From the IMG/VR virus record IMGVR_UViG_3300005332_000001, positions 1 through 58,807 of that record: a stretch of 58,807 bases of DNA; one strand, given 5' to 3'. The DNA comes from a virus (Duplodnaviria > Caudoviricetes). The notes beneath the pieces were generated by a model, which worked only from the letters and a program-made list of their open reading frames with translations, ran no database searches and was not told where the DNA came from. Made by a program: the position numbers and the translations under genes. Positions 18,956 to 27,509 of this stretch are shown piece after piece (within the stretch, counting starts at the first letter, position 1; every line of letters begins with the position of its first letter).

Positions 18956-18979
18956 CGCTCGTTGTTCAGGTGCGACGCG

Positions 18980-19255
18980 CTACTCTTCTGCTTTTCTGGG
19001 GGTAAGGAGTGCAATAATGTGATCCAGTTTTTCATCCATGCTGTTTTGGCGAATCACCAACGATGCGACACCTGTTTCAACCGTCGCCAGGCGCATCTTC
19101 ATTTCTCGGATGTCTCGGCCCTGTTCGCGCAGGAGCGCCCCGTGCTCGTAGAGGGTAGACTCCATCTCTATCAGGCTACGTGCCACCTGCTCCATGCTTT
19201 TGGTAAAGTCAGCTTCCAGGCGATTGATGCACTGTTCAATGCGTTCCTCTGCCAT
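18980..19255 (-). CDS. Coiled-coil protein
   Basis: AAAGGA RBS; heptad pattern. Confidence 0.7.
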   Translation of the reverse strand: MAEERIEQCINRLEADFTKSMEQVARSLIEMESTLYEHGALLREQGRDIREMKMRLATVETGVASLVIRQNSMDEKLDHIIALLTPRKAEE

Positions 19256-19389
19256 GTGTATATCCTTTCGCTGTAAGAGTGCCTATAATACATTGTACTC
19301 GACGAGCCGCCTTGCGTATAATAGAGATGTAGCTACCACTGCTCTGGCCGGACGAGGCGACCAACCAGTACTGCACCAGAGCAGTGGGC

Positions 19390-19656
19390 CTAAGCCGCTT
19401 CCTTGCTAATTTGTTGGTCCACACCCTGAGGTGTGGGTGTGCTTATCTCTGGCCTCCGTCGTTGCTTTACCCTAATACTCTCAACATCACTTTTGAGGTA
19501 AAGGTTCTGGCGTTCGTCTTTCGGCTTCATCTGGATGCGGCCCTTGTGCGCTATAAGCCGCACATAATCGGGGGAGATATCGCGTCCACTGTTTTCAGAG
19601 ATAATAGCAGCAGCTTCCCTGACTTCTATCCATTCCTCCTTTTTACGTGGTGACAT
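19390..19656 (-). CDS. Winged-HTH regulator, candidate repressor
   Basis: WIEVREAAAIIS..ISPDYVRLIAHKG..LYLKSDV; first gene from leftward switch promoter. Confidence 0.75.
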   Translation of the reverse strand: MSPRKKEEWIEVREAAAIISENSGRDISPDYVRLIAHKGRIQMKPKDERQNLYLKSDVESIRVKQRRRPEISTPTPQGVDQQISKEAA

Positions 19657-19681
19657 CTATTGAAACTCCTCTGTTTATTCA

Positions 19682-19829
19682 ATATCCGCCTAGCGAATAT
19701 CTGATGTTCTAATTATAATCGGCCACGCGTATATTTGTCAAATACGCTAGGCGAATATTGTTGAAAACCATAAATTCGCTGAAATTGGCGCTAAATAGGC
19801 TTGAAAAATATACGACAGCCGTATATAAT
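19682..19829. promoter_or_regulatory. Divergent promoters with palindromic operators (genetic switch)
   Basis: Minus: TTGACA(19741-19736)-18-TATAAT; plus: TTGAAA(19801)-17-TATAAT(19824); ATATNCG-N5-CGNATAT-like sites at 19682, 19740, 19808, N6 variant at 19715. Confidence 0.85.
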
Positions 19830-19880
19830 TAAGAGTAGAGAAACTAATCTATGTCGCCAAACACTGAAAGGACAAAGCAC

Positions 19881-20240
19881 ATGAATGCAAACACCGTAGC
19901 TCGCCGCTCGCTCAGCAAAGGAGCTGCTCAGGCCCGTCGCCTCCTCGCCGCATCTCAGGGCCCGGCACAGTTCATCTTGAACACCACCATCGAAGACCTC
20001 GACGCAAAACCAGTACAGCGCTGCCGCGCAGAGATCGGCTTCGTCTGCGGCTCCGTCGTCATCCTGCCCTGCGACGTCTTCTACCTGGTCGAGTCGCCCA
20101 AATTCGCTCATCGTTTTTATGTCGTCACAATGCGCAACAACCAGTGGCAGTGCAGCAGCCGCGAGGCCGCATGTGCCGCCATGTGCATTGCCCAGGTCGA
20201 GGATGCGCGCCAGTCTCGCCGTCTGGCGAAAGCTTGCTAG
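19881..20240 (+). CDS. Early hypothetical protein (SWIM-like)
   Basis: AAAGGA RBS; YLVES..FYVVT..WQCS. Confidence 0.7.
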   Translation: MNANTVARRSLSKGAAQARRLLAASQGPAQFILNTTIEDLDAKPVQRCRAEIGFVCGSVVILPCDVFYLVESPKFAHRFYVVTMRNNQWQCSSREAACAAMCIAQVEDARQSRRLAKAC

Positions 20241-20305
20241 TATGACGAGTCAGCCTGAGGAGCGGTTTACTGTTTCTCAGGCTGACTTCGCAGGAGGATG
20301 AATTG

Positions 20306-20719
20306 ATGAAAAGCAACGAGATCGCCCGCAAGTTCTACGAGCAAGGATTATCGGATAAACGGTTGAGTCGGAAACAAACAGATTGGCTATATCAGCAGTA
20401 TTGTCGGGAAGCTAATCGCCATGTTTCTCATCATGGGACGCCCGTTGCTGGTGGTCTATTCACCCTGGATGACGGCACATCTATTGGTTGGGATATTGCT
20501 GTCTCTCCACGCAATGGATGTTCAATTTTCCAAACCAGGAACATTACAGAACTCTCGCAAAGGCAAGATGCGGAACGGCAAGAACTTCTGGCACGTGGCA
20601 AGGAATTTGCTCAGACCGCCAAAAACAGCCCAATGGCTGATCACTATGACGCTCAACTTCTGGCGAGGATGTTCAAGGTTTCTGTAGAACTGGCTCAAGA
20701 ATGGCTTAACCAGAAGTAA
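20306..20719 (+). CDS. Hypothetical protein
   Basis: AGGAGG RBS. Confidence 0.75.
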   Translation: MKSNEIARKFYEQGLSDKRLSRKQTDWLYQQYCREANRHVSHHGTPVAGGLFTLDDGTSIGWDIAVSPRNGCSIFQTRNITELSQRQDAERQELLARGKEFAQTAKNSPMADHYDAQLLARMFKVSVELAQEWLNQK

Positions 20720-20770
20720 CCACCCGCGCAGGCCGGGGCGCGGTTTTCTTCCCGGCCAGGAGATGATGAG

Positions 20771-21082
20771 ATGTATCACACGACAGATTGCAATTGCCCG
20801 GAGTGTGCCGGCATATGCCAGGACGACTATGAGCAGCAGGTAGCATCCGCTCGCTCTGCGAACCTGCTGGACGCAGTTCGCGCCACAACCGCTACCGTCA
20901 ACCAATGCCCATACGAGGGTGCTGACGCTCGAAGCTATATTCTTGGCGCGCTGCGTGGCATGCTGGCGAGTATGGCTGGTGAGAGCGTGACATCCGCGCC
21001 CGCTCTCCATCCAAGCTGCTTCAATGCAGAGACCACGAAAGCTGTGCGGCAACTGGTTACTGCACTCAAAGAAAAAGCATAG
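20771..21082 (+). CDS. Hypothetical protein
   Basis: AGGAG RBS; CNCPEC. Confidence 0.7.
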   Translation: MYHTTDCNCPECAGICQDDYEQQVASARSANLLDAVRATTATVNQCPYEGADARSYILGALRGMLASMAGESVTSAPALHPSCFNAETTKAVRQLVTALKEKA

Positions 21083-21154
21083 TGCGTTTGTGCACGGTTG
21101 CGGGCCAGTTCGCTGACCCGTTTCCGCGCCCAAATGGGCGAGAAAGAGGTTTTG

Positions 21155-21505
21155 ATGATCCAGATTTATCCGTTCCACGGCACTGAGGTGCAGGATGTTT
21201 ACGACAAACTCAATTGTTTTCTGAACGAGCTGGCTGTTATCGGGGTGCTTGTCGATCTTGAGCATGTTCGCTCAAATACGAAGTATTATCCCGACTGGGA
21301 TCGAACGGCGACGACTATCGAGGTATGCGTGTATTCTGATTCGCTTGCACCAGATGATCTTGCTGGACAGGTTCGGGATCTGCATCGGGCGATTGTAGAC
21401 GACAAACCTGAGCCGACACCCGCGCCAGAGGCAGAAGCAAAGCCAGTAACGGTACCTGCTGGAGATGATTATGACCCGTTCCTGGACGAGTCGGAGTTGC
21501 TGTAA
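21155..21505 (+). CDS. Hypothetical protein with SSB-like acidic tail
   Basis: AGAGG RBS; ends DDYDPFLDESELL. Confidence 0.7.
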   Translation: MIQIYPFHGTEVQDVYDKLNCFLNELAVIGVLVDLEHVRSNTKYYPDWDRTATTIEVCVYSDSLAPDDLAGQVRDLHRAIVDDKPEPTPAPEAEAKPVTVPAGDDYDPFLDESELL

Positions 21506-21588
21506 CCCTGGTACGGCACGGTAGGTGCTCGCTCCGCCCACAGTGAGCACTCTCCGCGCCGTAGTAGGCGAGAAAGGAATCAATCCAT

Positions 21589-21882
21589 ATGCAACAATCT
21601 GTGTCGCCAACACCTATGTCATGTTTGCTCGCTGCGCAAAAAGAGGCGCGATACCCCGAAGAGCGCGAGATTTATTCGCGCGCGATCGCTGCCCTGCTGG
21701 ATGCGGATGCAGTAGCCGACCAGGACACCATTGAGACGCCGGCGGCGAACCCGTGCGCCTGGTGCTTGAAAGAACAGGGGCTGCCTATGGGCGAGACCTC
21801 GCACGGTATTTGCAGCAAGCATCGTGCCTGGATGAGCGAGCAGAGCCTGGCTCGTAAGGCTGCCCGCATGGCTGCTGCGTAG
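21589..21882 (+). CDS. Small Zn-binding protein
   Basis: CAWC...SHGICSKH; AAAGGA RBS. Confidence 0.7.
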   Translation: MQQSVSPTPMSCLLAAQKEARYPEEREIYSRAIAALLDADAVADQDTIETPAANPCAWCLKEQGLPMGETSHGICSKHRAWMSEQSLARKAARMAAA

Positions 21883-21939
21883 TGCGTTTGTCGGGCTGCT
21901 AGGAGACTGGCAGCCGTTCTTGTTGAGGTGTATATCACT

Positions 21940-22953
21940 ATGAAGATCAGAAAAGCTACAAAATATAACTCATACGTAAAACTGGCATTTGCTGGAATCG
22001 CAGGCGCAGGCAAGACGCTCACGGCGTTAGAAACCGCCACGTACCTGAGCGAGAAGGGTATCGCCTTGATCGAAGCTGACTATCCCTTTGCCGCTGATAA
22101 ATACGCCAAGGATAGCCCCGATGATCCAGCGTTTGGGTATACGTTCGATACCATCGAGATGGCTCTGGATGATAAAGACGTGGACATCGAAAAGCCCTAT
22201 AACCCCAAACGTTTCATTGAGGCCATTAAAACGATTTATGCCACTGGCAAGTACGACGTGCTTATCGTCGATGGCGGGAGCAGTGAATGGGATGGCGCTG
22301 GTGGTGTGCTGGAATGGGTAGATGGATTGACGAAGCAGTTCAAGAGCGACGGCGCAAAGGACGCTACACGCCAGGCGTGGGCCGTTGCTACACCTGAACA
22401 CCGCCGACTGTTCACCTATCTTTTGCGCATTCGCATGCACGTCATCGTGACGATGCGCGCCAAGAAAGAAACTGTTACTACTGATGATGAGGGCGGCAAG
22501 AGAGTCAAAAAGATGGTACTCGATCCCATCCAGCGTGAAGACGTACCGTACCTCTTTGATGTACTGGCGTTCCTGGAGGACAAGCAAATCAGGATCGATA
22601 CCAGCCATTGTCCGACGCTGGAGGAGGGCACTCTTATCAGCCGTTCTGGCCCATTGCTGGCGCACACTTTGCGCGACTGGCTGAAAGGCAATCCCATGCC
22701 TGATCGCCCTGAGTATGATCCTGATGCAGAAGAGCAGTCAGAGGCTGTTAAACAGATGGTGCGCAAGGCTCAGGGCCGCGCATTCAAATGCGGCGTGGCA
22801 ACTGATGGCCCTGCGTGGGAATCCTATGTGGCGGGTGTTCTCGGCTCCGCTCGCGCCACTATCCAAATCAATCTGGACGAGATCGCGAAAATTAATGGCG
22901 ACTTGACGAAGCGCGAACGCGAAAAGCAGCCCGCACAGGGGGCAATAGCATGA
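21940..22953 (+). CDS. AAA_24 / Sak4-like recombination ATPase
   Basis: GIAGAGKT; VLIVDG.S.EWDGAGG; HVIVTMRAK; PIQRE..PYLFD. Confidence 0.85.
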   Translation: MKIRKATKYNSYVKLAFAGIAGAGKTLTALETATYLSEKGIALIEADYPFAADKYAKDSPDDPAFGYTFDTIEMALDDKDVDIEKPYNPKRFIEAIKTIYATGKYDVLIVDGGSSEWDGAGGVLEWVDGLTKQFKSDGAKDATRQAWAVATPEHRRLFTYLLRIRMHVIVTMRAKKETVTTDDEGGKRVKKMVLDPIQREDVPYLFDVLAFLEDKQIRIDTSHCPTLEEGTLISRSGPLLAHTLRDWLKGNPMPDRPEYDPDAEEQSEAVKQMVRKAQGRAFKCGVATDGPAWESYVAGVLGSARATIQINLDEIAKINGDLTKREREKQPAQGAIA

Positions 22954-23141
22954 GCGAACTTGCACAGCGCCTGCTGACGGTTATCCAGCGCGGCCCTATC
23001 GAGTTCTCGGATCTGTGGGCAGCAATCCCCTACGAGGACACATTCGACGAGATGCAGACCGCGCTGGCCGAACTGATCGACGCTGGCGAAATTGAGCAGA
23101 TCGCCGATACGTTCGCGTTTCGCATTGTAGAGGCGGCATAG
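22950..23141 (+). CDS. Small wHTH-like protein
   Basis: ATGA coupling; ALAELIDAGEIE. Confidence 0.65.
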   Translation: MSELAQRLLTVIQRGPIEFSDLWAAIPYEDTFDEMQTALAELIDAGEIEQIADTFAFRIVEAA

Positions 23142-23189
23142 TAGTAGGGCTGGCCGGGAGACTGGCCAGCCCGGAAAGGAAACTAACAA

Positions 23190-24167
23190 TTGAAACCTAG
23201 GTTGAATGAGCAACAAGGTCACGAGGCAGCAGAGCTTTATACACAAGGTTTGGGAACCCCTGAAATAGCAAGGCGGTTTAATGTTTCGATCACGGCGGTT
23301 AATAATGCCCTAAAACGAGAGAACATTGTTAAGCGCATGCATGTAGAGGCTAGCAATCCGAGATTTGTAGGAGCCGAATCTGCGAAAATTGTGCAGGAAT
23401 ACGAGAGCGGCATAAGCATAAACCAACTTGCGCTAATACATGCAGCGTCACCTGAAACCATTCATAGAACACTAAGAAGAGAAAAAGTCTCAGTGCGACC
23501 TAGCGGCGGGATAAGGAAGCATATCATTAATGATGATATGTTTGATGTGATTGATACGGAAGAAAAAGCCTACTGGTTGGGATTTATAGCAAGTGATGGG
23601 AGTGTCGGGTCGGCAAAGGATTATGTCTCAATAGTTCTTGCAAGCAAAGATATTGAGCATTTAAGGAAGTTTTGCCGATGGATTGCCGATGACATGGAGC
23701 CATATTCTTATGCATATGGGTCGGAAAGGTCTATGGTGAATATCTTCTCCCAGCAGATTGTTAAAAGCCTCTCCACGTATGGTATCGTTCCTCGTAAAAC
23801 CTATACGTTCAACCACATACCCGACATTTCCAGCGATCTAAAGAAACACTTTATCCGGGGTTATGTAGATGGAGATGGTGGTTTGTATATAAATGCCGCT
23901 GGTCGGTTCTCTTTTCAAATCTCTGCGTATAACAGAGGGATCTTAGAGGAAATACAGGAACATTTCATAAAAGAGATTGGAATCTCAAGATCCTCAATAT
24001 ACAAAACAACCATTTGGATGTACCAAAAAGGCGGGCGCAAAGAGGTCCTGCAAATTGTTGAGTATCTTTATAAAGATTCAACAATTTCCCTGGATCGCAA
24101 ATATGCAGTTGCAATGGAGATGATCGAGCGTTCAAATCAGAAGCTGGCCTTGCAGCACAAAGTATAG
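23190..24167 (+). CDS. Free-standing LAGLIDADG homing endonuclease with N-terminal HTHs
   Basis: AYWLGFIASDGSV and HFIRGYVDGDGG; AT-richer than flanks. Confidence 0.9.
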   Translation: MKPRLNEQQGHEAAELYTQGLGTPEIARRFNVSITAVNNALKRENIVKRMHVEASNPRFVGAESAKIVQEYESGISINQLALIHAASPETIHRTLRREKVSVRPSGGIRKHIINDDMFDVIDTEEKAYWLGFIASDGSVGSAKDYVSIVLASKDIEHLRKFCRWIADDMEPYSYAYGSERSMVNIFSQQIVKSLSTYGIVPRKTYTFNHIPDISSDLKKHFIRGYVDGDGGLYINAAGRFSFQISAYNRGILEEIQEHFIKEIGISRSSIYKTTIWMYQKGGRKEVLQIVEYLYKDSTISLDRKYAVAMEMIERSNQKLALQHKV

Positions 24168-24220
24168 TAGCGCGAGCTGGCTGTGATGGCTGGCCCTGGC
24201 AAGAAATGGAGTAAAGAGCG

Positions 24221-24421
24221 ATGGACAACTACATTCACATTCTTAGAGAGGACAATCCAATCCGCTTCAATTCGCTCGTTGAAACTGCAGAAGAGAGCGG
24301 CTTAGAAACCACTGGAGACGGTGAAAACTTGATTTTTTACGGTCTCTCAGATAGCCAGCAAGAAACGTTAGCTAGCGGCCTAACATCTGAGGGCATAGCG
24401 TTTCACCGCATTAGCTTGTAA
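24221..24421 (+). CDS. Hypothetical protein
   Basis: GGAG RBS. Confidence 0.65.
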   Translation: MDNYIHILREDNPIRFNSLVETAEESGLETTGDGENLIFYGLSDSQQETLASGLTSEGIAFHRISL

Positions 24422-24475
24422 CCACAAAATACCAGGGCTGGCTGCTGCTGGCCAGCTCGTGAAAGGAGAAAACGA

Positions 24476-24859
24476 GTGAGTGAGAAAACCGGGCATCCAA
24501 TGTTTATCGAGTCATTGGGCGAGCAGCACCCATCTCGCGCGCTCTTGAGCATCTCCCTGGACTACACTGGGTTTCGCGTGCTCTTTGATCTCCCATGCAA
24601 ACGCAAACTTGAAATCGAGATCGTTGCATTCGCCAAAGAGAATAGCACCATTGAGGTTTATGAACATCTGAAAGGCTCTGAACCCGGGCGATATTGGCTT
24701 ATCAACAGCAACCATTATATCGTAAGCGGGACTGATCATCTGCCCTTGCTCAAAGCATATCTCAGGACGGCCATTGGCGGGATAGAGAACAGCTACGAGG
24801 GCAGTTTCGCAGAATTGATCTTAGCGCAATGGAGAAAGGAAAACGGCAAGGATGAATGA
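24476..24859 (+). CDS. Hypothetical protein
   Basis: AAAGGAG RBS, GTG start. Confidence 0.7.
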   Translation: MSEKTGHPMFIESLGEQHPSRALLSISLDYTGFRVLFDLPCKRKLEIEIVAFAKENSTIEVYEHLKGSEPGRYWLINSNHYIVSGTDHLPLLKAYLRTAIGGIENSYEGSFAELILAQWRKENGKDE

Positions 24860-25097
24860 ACAGTTCTCTTTACGAGAGGCTATGAAACGCATACGACAAG
24901 CCTCACTATGCCCACGCTGCGGCAAGAGCACCTTTGTAGCCGCTACAGGATGGCGCGGACGCGGCACTGGTCAGCGTGGGTCGTCGTACTACAACGCTAC
25001 ATCATTTGAAAAAGTGACCCCCGAGACACATTGCACCTGCACGCCAGAACAGAAAAAACAGTGGGAAGCACAGCAGAGCAAGGAGGTCCAGGGGTGA
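24852..25097 (+). CDS. Small Zn-ribbon protein
   Basis: CPRCGK...HCTC. Confidence 0.65.
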   Translation: MNEQFSLREAMKRIRQASLCPRCGKSTFVAATGWRGRGTGQRGSSYYNATSFEKVTPETHCTCTPEQKKQWEAQQSKEVQG

Positions 25098-25270
25098 ACA
25101 TTGAACATCTCTTCTGGCAATTGATCTCTGGTCGTGGGCAAGAGTGGTTGGAAGCAAGCCTTGCACTGCAAGCGGCGGGGTATGCATGGGAGTGGACGTT
25201 TCACAGGGATGGGAGCGAAGAGTTCGCGTTGAAGTACAAGGAGGAGGAGGATCTCACGACATGCTCTTAA
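25094..25270 (+). CDS. Hypothetical protein
   Basis: AGGAGG RBS, GTGA overlap. Confidence 0.6.
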   Translation: MNIEHLFWQLISGRGQEWLEASLALQAAGYAWEWTFHRDGSEEFALKYKEEEDLTTCS

Positions 25271-25542
25271 GTACGCGCGATGGGTATTGTGGGCAATGTG
25301 GGCGGCTCAGACACAAACAAGGAGAGCCAATCAACCTTGAGCATTGCCCATGTACAGAAGGCAAGCGTATCACTGGTGTGCCCTTCTGCGTGTTTTGCGG
25401 CTCTCTCTATCACTATCCAACACCTTGCGAATCACAGCCACATTTACGCGACTTCTGGAAACGCGGTGATGTAGTGATGGCGATACAGCCTATTAGGAAG
25501 CCTCGTAAGCGTACTCAGGAGAACCAGTTATTGCTGTTCTAA
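25261..25542 (+). CDS. Cys-rich hypothetical protein
   Basis: GGAGG RBS; CGQC, CPC, CVFC. Confidence 0.6.
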   Translation: MLLSTRDGYCGQCGRLRHKQGEPINLEHCPCTEGKRITGVPFCVFCGSLYHYPTPCESQPHLRDFWKRGDVVMAIQPIRKPRKRTQENQLLLF

Positions 25543-25559
25543 CTGAACAGCACGAGTGC

Positions 25560-25597
25560 AAGAAAACCCGGTCTCGCAGTGGGCCGGGTTTTCTTTT
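25560..25597. terminator. Bidirectional intrinsic terminator
   Basis: AAGAAAACCCGG...CCGGGTTTTCTT between convergent genes. Confidence 0.85.
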
Positions 25598-25602
25598 GCC
25601 AT

Positions 25603-26634
25603 TTAGAAGCGAGCAAATTTCCTGGCGAGTGCACTAGCAGTACTATCTCCTGCTAGTTTTCGTTTCCTGCGCTGAATATAATGAATTGCTTGCTCCGCCG
25701 ACTTCCAGCCAATGTCTTCCTGCACTTTCAATACGTCGTGCCCATTCTCCTGGTAGCGCTGCCAGGCGTTCTCATGGCGAAGAGAATGCAGCACAACGTT
25801 CTCCGCCAGTCCCGCCTTTTTAACATAGCGCTTGAAACGCGTGCTCACAAAGTTGAGATGGAGCGGCTCGTTTGTCATCGGCGATGCAAACACCGGGTCG
25901 GATGGCCGCATTTGCCCCCAGTCTCCTTTGGCCTCACGATAGTCCCGGATCGCGTCCATGATTTCTTGCGGCATCTCGGCTTCGAGCGGGGTGGTATTTG
26001 TCTTCCCAGTGTATCTATACAACCATCCCTGGTGCTCCTGTCCATGCTCGAAAAAGTTCTTTTGCTCGAAGTCGCCCCAACGTAGCTTGACGATCTCGGC
26101 CCGTCGCCGGCCTGTGACAAGCAGGGCCAGGAACAGGGCATAATCGCGCTTGCCGTGGACAGTGCTCCTATCAATGGCCGCTAAGAAGCGCGGGATATCG
26201 CCCTCCTCCATGTCCCGGTCGCTCGCGTCCACTTTGGTAAGCTGCATCCCGTCCGTTGGTTTATGCCCTCTCAAGATAGGTACAATTTTGCCGCGAAATT
26301 CGATCATATATTCTCCACACCAATCGAAGTAGCTTTTGAATGTGATGAGATAGCAATTGCGCGAGGTCGGCGCGATCGGCATACCCTTGCGCGATCCGCG
26401 CGGCACTGGCAGCAACAAGAAGGCCTCGATATCCTCACGCGTTATTTTGTCAGGGGTTTTCTTGCTGCCGGTGCGCTCCTCGACGAACGTGAAAAAGCGC
26501 CTGAGCAGGTAGTCATATTGATGGCGGGTATAAGATGACGGAATGTGCCCTAGAAATTGTTGGTAGCAGGATTCCCACGCCGTATTCCTGAACATTCGTC
26601 CGGTGCGATTGACCGTCTGCGGACGTGTCTTCAC
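25603..26634 (-). CDS. Tyrosine recombinase/integrase
   Basis: RDYALF..LLVTGRRRAEI; HSLRH; DIGWKS..QAIHY. Confidence 0.92.
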   Translation of the reverse strand: MKTRPQTVNRTGRMFRNTAWESCYQQFLGHIPSSYTRHQYDYLLRRFFTFVEERTGSKKTPDKITREDIEAFLLLPVPRGSRKGMPIAPTSRNCYLITFKSYFDWCGEYMIEFRGKIVPILRGHKPTDGMQLTKVDASDRDMEEGDIPRFLAAIDRSTVHGKRDYALFLALLVTGRRRAEIVKLRWGDFEQKNFFEHGQEHQGWLYRYTGKTNTTPLEAEMPQEIMDAIRDYREAKGDWGQMRPSDPVFASPMTNEPLHLNFVSTRFKRYVKKAGLAENVVLHSLRHENAWQRYQENGHDVLKVQEDIGWKSAEQAIHYIQRRKRKLAGDSTASALARKFARF

Positions 26635-26757
26635 AGGGGTGCTCCTTTCTCACTGCTGTCACACAAGACAGGGAGAATCATGTGTATCGTTCGTTTTTAT
26701 CCCAACGATCACAAACGGAGCACTAAAAGTATAGCTTATCTCTGGCACAAAATGCTA

Positions 26758-26771
26758 CGAACATGTGTACT
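26758..26771. promoter_or_regulatory. Possible LexA (SOS) box
   Basis: CGAAC-ATGT-GTAC resembles GAAC-N4-GTTC; upstream of integrase. Confidence 0.35.
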
Positions 26772-26889
26772 AATATGCAGTGTATCGAATATGTCCGGTA
26801 CATTGTGGTGCGAATGTGCTGAGAGGTGGTGTGTTAGAATAGGGCAGGAGATAAACTCTGGAACGTATACTAGAAGAAAAGAGGAACTT

Positions 26890-27114
26890 ATGGCCAATAA
26901 CTATCCCCCAATTCCGCCAGAATTTGAAAAGTTTGCTCGTTGGCTTGAGACGCCAGAACCGTGTAGCCGCCTTTATCCGAGCTCGTGCAATGGCGTGGCT
27001 ATCATGCGTATGGGGTTTTCACAAGGAGAGTATCCGCTGTGCAAAGGGTGCATGCGGGCCATGAGTGAACAAATAAACAATGTCCTTGATGGGCTGCCAC
27101 CGGGCGAGGGATGA
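26890..27114 (+). CDS. Small Cys-containing protein
   Basis: GAGGA RBS; LCKGC. Confidence 0.65.
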   Translation: MANNYPPIPPEFEKFARWLETPEPCSRLYPSSCNGVAIMRMGFSQGEYPLCKGCMRAMSEQINNVLDGLPPGEG

Positions 27115-27117
27115 GCG

Positions 27118-27396
27118 ATGCTGTTCTATGTATGCCCAACCTGCGGGCGCTGGCAGGATGTGAGTTTCGTCAAGGCCATATCGGATGTGTTTGCCAGCGT
27201 GGGCAAGGCGCTCAACCAGCCGCCACAGGAACAACTTGGCTATCCCTGCCCTGCTGGCCACGGACTCATGGTGGCAGTTCAGCCAACGGACCGGGTGTAT
27301 GTGCGAGCTGGCGTGATCGAATCGACGCCGGATGAGCAGGAGCGCGCACTCGACGAGATCGCGCAGTTGAGCCAGGATTTGGGATTGTATGACTAA
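27118..27396 (+). CDS. Small Zn-ribbon protein
   Basis: CPTCG...CPAGH. Confidence 0.65.
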   Translation: MLFYVCPTCGRWQDVSFVKAISDVFASVGKALNQPPQEQLGYPCPAGHGLMVAVQPTDRVYVRAGVIESTPDEQERALDEIAQLSQDLGLYD

Positions 27397-27404
27397 ATAC
27401 ACAG

Positions 27405-27413
27405 TGCTATACT
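27405..27413 (+). promoter_or_regulatory. Extended -10 promoter for ncRNA locus
   Basis: TG-C-TATACT ending 8 nt before the cloverleaf. Confidence 0.55.
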
Positions 27414-27421
27414 CGCAACTA

Positions 27422-27507
27422 CGGGGAGTAGCTTAGGCAGCAGAGCGCAGGGCGCGCGCGGATAACAATGAGTCCCTGAGAGCTGGGTGCAAGTCCTGGC
27501 TCCCCGA
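27422..27507 (+). tRNA. tRNA-like cloverleaf with 21-nt anticodon loop (pseudo-tRNA or mimic)
   Basis: Acceptor CGGGGAG/CTCCCCG, U8A9, D stem GCTT/GAGC, stem CAGGG/CCCTG, T arm CTGGG-TGCAAGT-CCTGG; no CCA. Confidence 0.7.
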
Positions 27508-27509
27508 TT

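Noticed and set aside
23190-24167. Intein or group I intron-encoded endonuclease
   Set aside because: Own RBS and stop, no intein termini, and flanking genes look uninterrupted.
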